Part shown: piece by piece, positions 1 through 7,525 of the stretch
Position numbering within the stretch: position 1 is the stretch's first letter
How the letters are laid out: each line of letters starts with the position of its first letter
Virus record (IMG/VR): IMGVR_UViG_3300032266_000815
DNA from: an uncultured virus (IMG/VR IMGVR_UViG_3300032266_000815)
Taxonomy: Duplodnaviria > Heunggongvirae > Uroviricota > Caudoviricetes
Reading direction: 5' to 3' (one strand)
Length of the DNA stretch: 64,000 nucleotides
The notes under the pieces: model-generated
What the model saw: the letters and a program-made list of their open reading frames with translations, nothing else
The model's database searches: none
Told to the model about the DNA's origin: nothing
Translations under genes and position numbers: made by a program

Positions 1-35
1 CCAGGCGGGAGAGAGTCCCATCCGCACCAACAAGA
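1..35 (-). ncRNA. Possible wcaG-like cyanophage RNA motif (5' part, runs off the window)
   Basis: Minus strand reads TTGGTGCGGATGGGACTCTCTCCCGCCTGG with a GCGG-GGGA/TCCCGC hairpin downstream of a tRNA; resembles my recollection of the wcaG motif, not checked by covariance model. Confidence 0.4.
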
Positions 36-101
36 ATTTTTATTGTCCCTTATCTTGTGGGGACCAAGAAGGTAAAGTAGAACACTTTACTAAGTGTATA
101 A

Positions 102-175
102 TGCTCGTTGTGGGAATCTAACCCACCTTCGGCGCTTTATGAGAACGCTGCATTCAAACAGATTGCTAAACGAGC
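102..175 (-). tRNA. tRNA with CAT anticodon (elongator Met or Ile2)
   Basis: Acceptor GCTCGTT/AACGAGC, anticodon arm GCGTT-CTCATAA-AGCGC, T arm GTGGG-TTAGATT-CCCAC; CCA not encoded. Confidence 0.9.
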
Positions 176-180
176 CAGAC

Positions 181-327
181 TTACTTATTATTCCACATCT
201 TTTCCATTGGGTCAACACCAGTTCTCATTATTTCACAAGCTCTTTTGTAAAACATATTTTTAGTATTTCCAGATGCTTCCATAGTATCCTTAATCTTTTG
301 CCAGTTCTCCCGAGTTCTGTCGTCCAT
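181..327 (-). CDS. Small hypothetical protein (48 aa, MDDRTRENWQKIKDTMEASG...)
   Basis: Hand-translated ORF below the track cutoff; TAATG coupling with the upstream ORF. Confidence 0.7.
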   Translation of the reverse strand: MDDRTRENWQKIKDTMEASGNTKNMFYKRACEIMRTGVDPMEKMWNNK

Positions 328-482
328 TAGTAGTTCTGCAAGTGGTCATTTAATCGTATTAATAGTTTTTCAACTTCAATCGTATCAATTCCATCTTTCT
401 CAGCATAGTACATATAATCATCTAATGTAATTGTAAGCAATTCAATATCTTGCTTTGAAAGTTTTGGGATTTCCCAGTTCAT
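327..482 (-). CDS. Small hypothetical protein (51 aa, MNWEIPKLSKQDIELL...)
   Basis: Hand-translated; ATGA overlap with upstream gene and TAATG overlap with downstream gene. Confidence 0.65.
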   Translation of the reverse strand: MNWEIPKLSKQDIELLTITLDDYMYYAEKDGIDTIEVEKLLIRLNDHLQNY

Positions 483-742
483 CTAACCTCAAATTCTAGT
501 TTACGGATTTTACGATTTGCTCTTGCCTGTTGCCAAGCAAGTTCTTCCTCTGTGAAGTAGGAAGTTTTTTGTTGTGGACGTGTTGAGTTTAGCATCACAA
601 CCTGTGTTAAGTCAACTGCTGTAATCTTTTCTCCAACAACAGTCGTCATATTCGTACATCCACAACATTGTGATTTTGACGAATTTCCTTTTATTTCTGT
701 ATTACAGAGTTTACAACGTACTTCGATCATTTTTTTCTCCAT
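479..742 (-). CDS. Hypothetical protein with CxxC...CxC putative Zn-binding motif
   Basis: ORF track; CKLC and CCGC; start moved to the ATG overlapping the dps stop. Confidence 0.7.
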   Translation of the reverse strand: MEKKMIEVRCKLCNTEIKGNSSKSQCCGCTNMTTVVGEKITAVDLTQVVMLNSTRPQQKTSYFTEEELAWQQARANRKIRKLEFEVR

Positions 743-1176
743 TATTCTAAAAAGGACCTTAACATCCAAACAAATTTACCGTGTGTTTCCATAATAGTTT
801 GAACCAAATTTGAAGTCGCATATAATTTTTGATTATCTGCTTCTTCTGATATATCAGTAAAAATATCAATTATTTTTTTATTATCATCACGCAGTTGTGT
901 AACCATTTCTATAGCACCAATTGAACTATCTGCTTCTTTAATTGTAGATACTTCAACTGCTCTAGTCAAAGTGCTGACTGGTTTCATTCCCAAATATCTC
1001 ATATGTTCTGTAAGAGTATCTATCTCTTCAAACATTGACTCATACTGCTCACCAAAAAGAGTATGAAATTGATGAAAATCTGGGCCAACAACATCCCAAT
1101 GATAAACCCAAGTTTTTTGAAAAAGAACAAAAAGTGATGCTTGAGCATCGCTTAATTGTTTGAATAGTGTTTCCAT
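742..1176 (-). CDS. dps: Dps family ferritin-like DNA-protection protein
   Basis: HWDVVGPDFHQFHTLFGEQY, IDTLTEH ferroxidase residues, C-terminal HGKFVWML; 144 aa. Confidence 0.9.
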   Translation of the reverse strand: METLFKQLSDAQASLFVLFQKTWVYHWDVVGPDFHQFHTLFGEQYESMFEEIDTLTEHMRYLGMKPVSTLTRAVEVSTIKEADSSIGAIEMVTQLRDDNKKIIDIFTDISEEADNQKLYATSNLVQTIMETHGKFVWMLRSFLE

Positions 1177-1201
1177 TATACTTTTTTCTTTATTTATCCA
1201 A

Positions 1202-1273
1202 TGGCAGAGGTAGGAATTGCACCTACGACCTTCAGGGTATGAACCTGACGAACTACTACTGTTCTACTCTGCG
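1202..1273 (-). tRNA. tRNA-Met(CAT), initiator-like
   Basis: Acceptor CGCAGAG/CTCTGCC with 1:72 mismatch, anticodon arm TCAGG-TTCATAC-CCTGA, T arm GTAGG-TGCAATT-CCTAC. Confidence 0.88.
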
Positions 1274-1279
1274 ATGAAT

Positions 1280-1293
1280 GCCCCCGAAGGGGC
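1280..1293 (-). other. GCCCC-TTCG-GGGGC hairpin (processing/stability element or weak terminator)
   Basis: Perfect 5-bp stem with UUCG loop between the SLH gene stop and the tRNA; no U-tract on the minus strand. Confidence 0.6.
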
Positions 1294-1299
1294 AAAATA

Positions 1300-2184
1300 T
1301 CAGAACTTGAAACCAAGTCCAACAGTGCCGGTTACATTGTAACCTTGACCACTGCCGTAGTTGTAGGTAGCCCTACCAGCCCTGACAGATCCAAAGGTTT
1401 CGGCACCAGTGTTGCTGAAAGGAATCTTGGCATCGGCAAACAGAACAATGTTCTTTGCTACGGATACTTCCGCACCTGCAACACCAATACCAGCACCCTG
1501 ATTGCCGCCCACCTGACCACCAGCACCAACATAAATGTTAGCAGTAGATACTTTTGATCCATCAGCAAGAGTACGACGGGCAACGGGAATATCAAGAGTA
1601 GCAAGTCCACCACCGAATACACCACCACTTACATAGTTAGGAGTAGAGGTCAATGTCACATAAGGACGAGCAGACACTGCATACTGACTGCCAAGATCAA
1701 ATGCCTTTACACGACCTTGAAGAGTGATACCCGACTCATAAGCACGAGAAGCAAGAGGAGTAACACCAGGATAGTTAGCAGCATTACCAGCAAAGGCAAT
1801 ACCACCATAGTTACCAACACCGAGTTCACGACGTTGAGTTGCAGTCACAGCAGCAACTTCCAACTTGGTTACACGATTGCTCACAGCACCGATTTGTGCC
1901 CGAAGAGCAGCACCCAACTGAGCATCTGCTTCTGTATAAAATGCAGTGATGTTATCAAGGCAATGATTTGTTAGAGCAAAAACTTCATTGCGAGTTGCAT
2001 CAGCACCAGGCTTAAGAGTGCCGTTAGGATAACCAGCAAGGCATCCATAGCGTGAATTGAGGTTTTGAATTGCCTGATATGCCCAGTCGGTAGGTTGTAG
2101 ATCCGAATAGGTAGCAGGAGCAGCAAGTACTGGAGCAGAAGTTGCGATAACAGCAACACCAGCAAAAATTGAATTCAGTTTCAT
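1300..2184 (-). CDS. Exported SLH-domain protein with small outer-membrane beta-barrel
   Basis: Signal peptide; SDLQPTDWAYQAIQNLNSRYGCLAGYPNGT matches the SLH domain of cyanobacterial porins; coiled coil; amphipathic beta strands; C-terminal Phe (GLGFKF). Confidence 0.8.
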   Translation of the reverse strand: MKLNSIFAGVAVIATSAPVLAAPATYSDLQPTDWAYQAIQNLNSRYGCLAGYPNGTLKPGADATRNEVFALTNHCLDNITAFYTEADAQLGAALRAQIGAVSNRVTKLEVAAVTATQRRELGVGNYGGIAFAGNAANYPGVTPLASRAYESGITLQGRVKAFDLGSQYAVSARPYVTLTSTPNYVSGGVFGGGLATLDIPVARRTLADGSKVSTANIYVGAGGQVGGNQGAGIGVAGAEVSVAKNIVLFADAKIPFSNTGAETFGSVRAGRATYNYGSGQGYNVTGTVGLGFKF

Positions 2185-2241
2185 ATAGAAATTGTTAAGT
2201 AATAAAACTACAAAGTTTATTTAGTTGCCTTTATAGGCAAG

Positions 2242-2313
2242 AGCGAATGATCGGACTCGAACCGACGACATCTAACTTGGAAGGATAGCGTTCTACCACT
2301 GAACTACATTCGC
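2242..2313 (-). tRNA. tRNA-Gly(TCC)
   Basis: Acceptor GCGAATG/CATTCGC, D loop AGTGGTA, anticodon loop CTTCCAA, T loop TTCGAGT. Confidence 0.93.
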
Positions 2314-2314
2314 A

Positions 2315-2729
2315 TTATTGGATTTGATTTTCTTTTGGACAATCAGGAACCCAAGAACCACATATTCTTATTTCACCACCTAATAGTTTTTGAGCATTGC
2401 TCTTATCAGGTGCTTTCTCTGAAAAATATGATGGACTTATTCTAACACTCCCATCGTCCCCTGTCAAGTCCTCATAATCTTTGATTGCCTTGTCTACATC
2501 TCTATGAACTCTGCGTTCTAAAAGTTGAGGAGTATTGATGATTATATCATTCAAATCAGTTTGTGGAAAGTATTTTCTCTGAACCTCATCAACAAAATCA
2601 TAAATGTTTTCTTCTGGAATATGAGTACATTGTGATACTCCCGTCACCAAAGAAGTAAATACAACTCCTATTATGGCATATCTAAAAATACTTGATTTCT
2701 TTTTACCAAACTGAAAATCAAACTTCATA
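2315..2729 (-). CDS. Hypothetical membrane-anchored protein
   Basis: Likely start MKFDFQFGKKK after a hairpin; basic N-terminus then hydrophobic YAIIGVVFTSLVTGV. Confidence 0.65.
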
Positions 2730-2761
2730 AAAAAGGGAGGTAATGAACCTCCCATATTTAT
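2728..2761 (-). terminator. Hairpin GGGAGG-N7-CCTCCC plus U-tract, preceded by late promoter ATAAATA
   Basis: Inverted repeat and TTTTT just after the lysozyme stop. Confidence 0.65.
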
Positions 2762-3432
2762 CAACTATCTAGATACATTTTATTTGAATATCGATAGGCA
2801 AAATCGGTTCGAGCACCATGAATACCCCATCCAATCCAACGATATGCAAGGTTCATATATCCATCAATACTCCTACCGGGAGTTTTCATTTGATATTCAA
2901 TCTGTTTCCATTGTGGTTCAGACATCATAAATTGAAGTTGTCCCTCAATTGAAGATGGACTTGTTCCAATACTACGAGCAACTCTTCCGAGACCATAATA
3001 TCTTTCACTGGAAGTCCATTGAATTAATCCATAACCAGCACCACAAGATTCATAATCAGTTCTTGCTCCACCCTCGCAAATATTAGGAATAAAGTTTGAT
3101 TCCTGTTTGATATTTCCAAGAATAGTAGCAAGTGCGTTCTTATCCTTGATTCCCTTCTTTTGAAGATACTCTAAAGCATAAGATTCTTGTTGATTACACC
3201 CTTTACATTTCCAAATCTTTTCCTTTTTTTCGACCTCTGTTTGAGCAGTATGCTCCTTAGTATTCAATTTTTTAGATTTGGTCTCGGATTGCTTCTGATA
3301 ATCTTGAATAGTCAGTTCTAGAGTATCTGTTGATATATCCGGAACTGACGGAGCATAAACTGGTAGAAGCAAAGGTGAACTGAAGGCAGATGCCACAGTA
3401 AATGAAAGGGCTGTAATTGTTTGTAATAGCAT
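2761..3432 (-). CDS. Cell-wall hydrolase, phage tail lysozyme (Phage_lysozyme2)-like, with signal peptide
   Basis: ILGNIKQESNF and GYGLIQWT motifs; hydrophobic N-terminus. Confidence 0.8.
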   Translation of the reverse strand: MLLQTITALSFTVASAFSSPLLLPVYAPSVPDISTDTLELTIQDYQKQSETKSKKLNTKEHTAQTEVEKKEKIWKCKGCNQQESYALEYLQKKGIKDKNALATILGNIKQESNFIPNICEGGARTDYESCGAGYGLIQWTSSERYYGLGRVARSIGTSPSSIEGQLQFMMSEPQWKQIEYQMKTPGRSIDGYMNLAYRWIGWGIHGARTDFAYRYSNKMYLDS

Positions 3433-3439
3433 TAAGTTT

Positions 3440-3520
3440 AATAGAATTCGGCATCCGTATAGGTAAAGGAGAAGTTCCCATCCTCTCGGGGGGCATTACC
3501 CACGGCTCTAAGTCGCACTC
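3440..3520 (-). ncRNA. Putative structured leader RNA of the lysozyme gene
   Basis: GC-rich island; nested pairings TAGAG/TTCTA, CCGT/ACGG, GGGTAA/TTACCT and a CC-GAGA-GG tetraloop hairpin. Confidence 0.5.
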
Positions 3521-3561
3521 AAAATCTCATAATAAAAAAGACACTTTAATCGTGCCTTAAC

Positions 3562-3590
3562 ATTATAAGTGATTATTTATCTTATGTCAA
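3562..3590 (-). promoter_or_regulatory. Sigma70-type early promoter with an ATAAATA late-promoter motif in the spacer
   Basis: TTGACA-N17-TATAAT, perfect consensus. Confidence 0.85.
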
Positions 3591-3592
3591 CA

Positions 3593-3784
3593 TTACCTCA
3601 TAAAAGGTTCAATATGATTTAGAAAAAATACTTGAAGGTCATCTTTTTGTATAATCCATTCTCGTATCTCTCGATGTAAACTTTCTGCTTCCTTTCTTCT
3701 TCCATATTTAATATGTGTATTCATCATTTCAAGATAATAATCAATAATATTATCACATAGATTTTTCATTTCTGTTTTGTTCAT
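3593..3784 (-). CDS. Hypothetical protein
   Basis: ORF track; likely start MNKTEM. Confidence 0.65.
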   Translation of the reverse strand: MNKTEMKNLCDNIIDYYLEMMNTHIKYGRRKEAESLHREIREWIIQKDDLQVFFLNHIEPFMR

Positions 3785-3785
3785 A

Positions 3786-3807
3786 ATTAAAATAATCTTT
3801 CCTATAA
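3786..3807. repeat. 22-bp direct repeat, copy 1 (flanks HNH gene)
   Basis: ATTAAAATAATCTTTCCTATAA identical to 4438-4459. Confidence 0.9.
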
Positions 3808-3819
3808 AATAGGATAACA

Positions 3820-4407
3820 CTAATCAACTATTTTGGCAACATATCCTCTATGTTGTTTCAACCGACCTTTTATTACAGCACAAAGATTGGAGGCATCAAT
3901 TCCTTCATTTTTGCAAAATTCATTCAATCCTTTAATAATCAAAACTTCTCCATTTGGTTTAGTTACTTCATACGTTTTCATTTGTTTTGGTTGAGAAACA
4001 GACTTTCCCTTTTTTGATTTACTAATTTTATCTTTAACTTCTTGGGTTCTAGGGATACCTTTTAACTGTTCTGCTTGTTTTTGATAATGCTCTGGTGGAA
4101 GGATAGAAGGTTTTCCTTTACGAATATTGCTTTTATTTTGTTTCCATTTTTTAACCTCTTCTGGTTTTTCTTTTAACCATCTTTGGTAATTTCTTTTAGC
4201 AAGTTGTATTCTTAATTTTTCGCCTTCTTCAGTTTTTCCAGAAAGCATACGATAAGCAATATCATCCTCAATATTACCATATACTTCAAATAATCTATTA
4301 TGAACCTCTGCGTGTGCCCATAGGGGAAGTTTTATAAGATTACTTGGATCATTAGTTCCTCCCATATATCTTGGAATAATATGATGAATATGATATATAT
4401 CAGACAT
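3820..4407 (-). mobile_element. Free-standing HNH homing endonuclease gene with NUMOD-type DNA-binding repeats
   Basis: HHIIPRYMGGTNDPSNLIKL...HAEVH; RTQEVKDKISKSKKGK; flanking 22-bp duplication; upstream ATAAATA. Confidence 0.85.
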
Positions 4408-4431
4408 TTATAGTATGTTGCCGTTATAAGA

Positions 4432-4860
4432 TTATTTATTAAAATAATCTTTCCTATAATATCTTCCTAAAATTTGTGAATTGTAATACTTTGGCATTCC
4501 ATCGTCAAGTGCTTCACTCAAAACATTATTCAAAAATAATTGTTTTGTTTCTTCAAAATTTGTCTTACCTAATGTCTTATGAAGAGACACTATACTTCTT
4601 TCAAACTTATCCTTTCCAAATATCTTTATATCTTCTTTGAGTTCTGGACAGCTACCATAATAGTTCTTCCAATCACTTTCTCTTTTACTTTTTCTTTTTT
4701 TTCCTTTATCTTTTCTAAAAGACCAAAAATACTTTCTTCCAATATAACACCTAGTATTACAAGTATTTCGTATATGATATATAAACCCAAAGTAATCTTG
4801 GATATCATTTGTCTCAAAAGGTTCATTATTATATAACCAAGGATTATCGTATGTTGTCAA
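4432..4860 (-). CDS. GIY-YIG family endonuclease
   Basis: GFIY...YIGRK, YYGS, conserved E and YYN; TTG start. Confidence 0.8.
   Translation of the reverse strand: MTTYDNPWLYNNEPFETNDIQDYFGFIYHIRNTCNTRCYIGRKYFWSFRKDKGKKRKSKRESDWKNYYGSCPELKEDIKIFGKDKFERSIVSLHKTLGKTNFEETKQLFLNNVLSEALDDGMPKYYNSQILGRYYRKDYFNK
4438..4459. repeat. 22-bp direct repeat, copy 2 (3' end of GIY-YIG gene)
   Basis: Identical to 3786-3807; encodes YRKDYFN. Confidence 0.9.
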
Positions 4861-4884
4861 TAGGGTCTCTAAGTAAGCTTGATG

Positions 4885-4892
4885 TATTTATA
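4885..4892 (-). promoter_or_regulatory. T4-type late promoter TATAAATA
   Basis: Exact consensus upstream of the GIY-YIG gene. Confidence 0.7.
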
Positions 4893-4907
4893 GATACAAG
4901 TATTTTC

Positions 4908-4962
4908 TCAAAACCCACAGAGTTATTTTAGTCATAAAAAAGCACTCTGTCAAGAGTGCTTT
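4908..4962 (-). promoter_or_regulatory. Terminator hairpin overlapping sigma70 promoter TTGACA-N17-TAAAAT, with repeated 25-bp motif
   Basis: AGCACTCT/AGAGTGCT stem plus U-tract; -35 at 4948-4953, -10 at 4925-4930; ACTAAAATAACTCTGTGGGTTTTGA also at 34894-34918. Confidence 0.75.
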
Positions 4963-4988
4963 ATATATTTTAATATTTGTATATCTTA

Positions 4989-5705
4989 TCAGTTAGTTTC
5001 TTCTTTTAGAATTTCGTTTAACCATTCCGAACTCATATTTTCAATCACAATATTTGCATCTTCAATAGTTGTTACAAAGTTGTTTTCAAGAAGATATGAT
5101 GCTATAATTTCATAAATCTCATATGCCTCTCTATTGAGTTGCTTTTTCTCTCTAGGGGTCAGAACACCTCTTTGTGCCCCTCTTGCTGCTTGCTTTGCTT
5201 TTACGGCAGGGTCATTAGACTTATGAGCGTATCCCTGAAGACCAGGATTTGAAGAAGTTGTATCACGGAAAGCACCTTTTTGTGCTCTCGCATAATTCTT
5301 TCTTGCTTGAGTATCTACACCTCTTTGACCAAAAGTTGGTCTGTTTTCTAATTCAGTTGCTCTATCAGCAGCCTCTCCACCACCTGTTGATTTTGCAATC
5401 TTATTACGAATTTCGGTTTCATCATAACCTAGCTTAGCCATTCGCGTTGCTTCATCTAGTTCATCTTTTTTGTTATAATCCTTATTCTTTACCTTCTTGA
5501 TTGCTTCTTCACGAGACATACCAGAAGCAACCATTCTAGCAATCATATTATCGGCAAAGTCATTATCATCATCCCCGTCTTGGTCCCTGGATGGTTCGTA
5601 TTCCTTCTTCTCATAAACACTAGAATATGCTTCAGATATGTCACGAAGAGTTTTTGATGAAGCCCAAATTTTTGGATTGGAAGAACTAAAATCCTGTTCG
5701 TTCAT
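4989..5705 (-). CDS. Late hypothetical protein, putative internal head protein
   Basis: ATAAATA at 5736-5742; ISE/LDE/NRE sites flank a basic core; acidic C-terminal module similar to one in the neighbouring ORF. Confidence 0.65.
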   Translation of the reverse strand: MNEQDFSSSNPKIWASSKTLRDISEAYSSVYEKKEYEPSRDQDGDDDNDFADNMIARMVASGMSREEAIKKVKNKDYNKKDELDEATRMAKLGYDETEIRNKIAKSTGGGEAADRATELENRPTFGQRGVDTQARKNYARAQKGAFRDTTSSNPGLQGYAHKSNDPAVKAKQAARGAQRGVLTPREKKQLNREAYEIYEIIASYLLENNFVTTIEDANIVIENMSSEWLNEILKEETN

Positions 5706-5738
5706 TTTTTTATTTTAAGTAGTTTTCCTAACTATTAT

Positions 5739-7370
5739 TTATCTTATATTTTCTTTCCAGTACTCATAAGGACTGAGTTCTATTTCTTTCACTTCTTCTT
5801 TTAGGTTTTTATTACTAGCAAAATCATAAAAATATTCATCTGCTCTTGCTGTAGCAACTGCTTCAGTAAAATACTCAGAAAGTTCATTCCAAGTATACTC
5901 AGAAAGGTCATAACCTTCATCTAAAAGATTACCTACCCATAGTTCAAAATCATCTTTTGTTGCCTGATAAGAACGTGATACAACTTTTCCTTTTTTATTT
6001 GGTTTTGCTAAAAAGGTTTTGACTCCAGGAACTCCTCTAGCAGCTTCTAAATTTCCACGATGGTCATCAGTAAATTTAAGCAATTTAGTATTTATCTTTT
6101 TCTTTGGTGCTGGATTATTTTTTACAATATGTTTTAAAGTTATGGCTTTTCTTTCTCCCGTATTTAAATGAGAAGGCATATCACCAGTAAAATGCTGTTT
6201 TACTTTACTAGCATCAACTCCGTGCTTATTTAAGAAATCAGTAACTCCCGACTTTACTTTGTGTGAACGTGCCGTAAGAGTCATTACAGGTTTATTTCTT
6301 TTTTGGTCTCTTCTCATAGAAGCAATCGTTGATTTTATGGGCTTAGCATTTTTTGCTAAAACTTCTGGGCTATCAAAATCACTAAAATCATATGAGTGTC
6401 CTTTTTTTAGTTCTTTATTCTTATGATGTGTGTAAAATTCGGTATCATTTAATGATTGAACTCTTTCTCCTTCAGCATTTTTGATATGAACGTTTGTTCC
6501 ATCAGTATGAGCAACAACTTTATCAAAATCATAAACTCTTGGTTTTCCAGTAGGAACAGGTTTTCCTTCTTTGTTATATCCTTTCCTTCCAGCATTTTTT
6601 GCTCTTCTTTCAGCTCTTGAAAGTTTTGCTTCTTCAATATACTCTTCAAGAATAACTGCTACAAACTCTTCACTCAAACTATCAAACATATTATCTGCCG
6701 CATCATAATCTTCGGCAAAACCAAACTCAACGAGTGCTTCGCCCATTACTTTCTTTCTTTTCCAAGCATAATATACTTGTTCTCCTTTTTCTTGTCCATA
6801 TTGCTTTATCATAGATGCCTTTACAGAAGCAGTTTCATCTCCAAGTGCTTCTTCTTTTCTTTTTTCTGCAGAAGTCATATGTCTTTCACCAAGTTCTACT
6901 TCCTCATTCCGTATGTGCTTCCAAGAACCTTCCCAATAATCATCCCAACTCTTCTTATCTGCCTTTGCTTGCTCTGGTGAAGATGGCGTGAAGGTCGCAC
7001 TATTCTTACGAACTGAACCAAGTGGTTTTCTTTTCTTAGGTCCAGATGCTGCTGCTTTCGCAGCCATTTTTTGAAGTTCTGAGTCAGTTCCAGTTCTCTT
7101 CTTATCACCAACTGTTTTAGTTACGGGGTCCCAATGTGCTTCACCAAGTTCTACTTCTTCTTTTCTTATATTCTTAACAAAATTAGGAACATCTACTTTT
7201 TGTGCTTCTTTTTTTTGCAATTCTACTGCTCTGGGTCCAAGTTGTGCTGCTGCATCTGGTGTTAATGCTGATGCCCCACTAGATTTTTTAATTTGACTTT
7301 GAGTCCCTCTCAATATTCCTTCACTGTAGATTCCTTTAAACTTAAAAGTTCCAGACATATGAGTAAGCAA
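5739..7370 (-). CDS. Modular late protein with HAD-superfamily phosphatase domain
   Basis: HAD motifs VYDFDKVV, MTLTAR, K, FTDD; repeated EEVELGE; TATAAATA at 7382-7389. Confidence 0.7.
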   Translation of the reverse strand: MLTHMSGTFKFKGIYSEGILRGTQSQIKKSSGASALTPDAAAQLGPRAVELQKKEAQKVDVPNFVKNIRKEEVELGEAHWDPVTKTVGDKKRTGTDSELQKMAAKAAASGPKKRKPLGSVRKNSATFTPSSPEQAKADKKSWDDYWEGSWKHIRNEEVELGERHMTSAEKRKEEALGDETASVKASMIKQYGQEKGEQVYYAWKRKKVMGEALVEFGFAEDYDAADNMFDSLSEEFVAVILEEYIEEAKLSRAERRAKNAGRKGYNKEGKPVPTGKPRVYDFDKVVAHTDGTNVHIKNAEGERVQSLNDTEFYTHHKNKELKKGHSYDFSDFDSPEVLAKNAKPIKSTIASMRRDQKRNKPVMTLTARSHKVKSGVTDFLNKHGVDASKVKQHFTGDMPSHLNTGERKAITLKHIVKNNPAPKKKINTKLLKFTDDHRGNLEAARGVPGVKTFLAKPNKKGKVVSRSYQATKDDFELWVGNLLDEGYDLSEYTWNELSEYFTEAVATARADEYFYDFASNKNLKEEVKEIELSPYEYWKENIR

Positions 7371-7381
7371 TACCTTCTTTT

Positions 7382-7420
7382 TATTTATAAAAAAAAGAGA
7401 AGGGACTTAGCCCTTCTCTT
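7382..7420 (-). terminator. Intrinsic terminator followed by late promoter
   Basis: AGAGAAGGG/CCCTTCTCT stem, U-tract running into TATAAATA. Confidence 0.75.
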
Positions 7421-7525
7421 CAGAAATAAGTTCTTCAATTTTTTGGAAGATTAATATAGGTTTAAGAAGTTTATTCTTTTCCTCCTTCTTTTTTTGATTT
7501 TCTTTTTGTTTATGTTTTCTAGAGT

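Noticed and set aside
3272..3496. 74-aa ORF starting inside the structured leader
   Set aside because: Overlaps the lysozyme in another frame with no recognisable features; a leader-peptide role cannot be excluded but is unsupported
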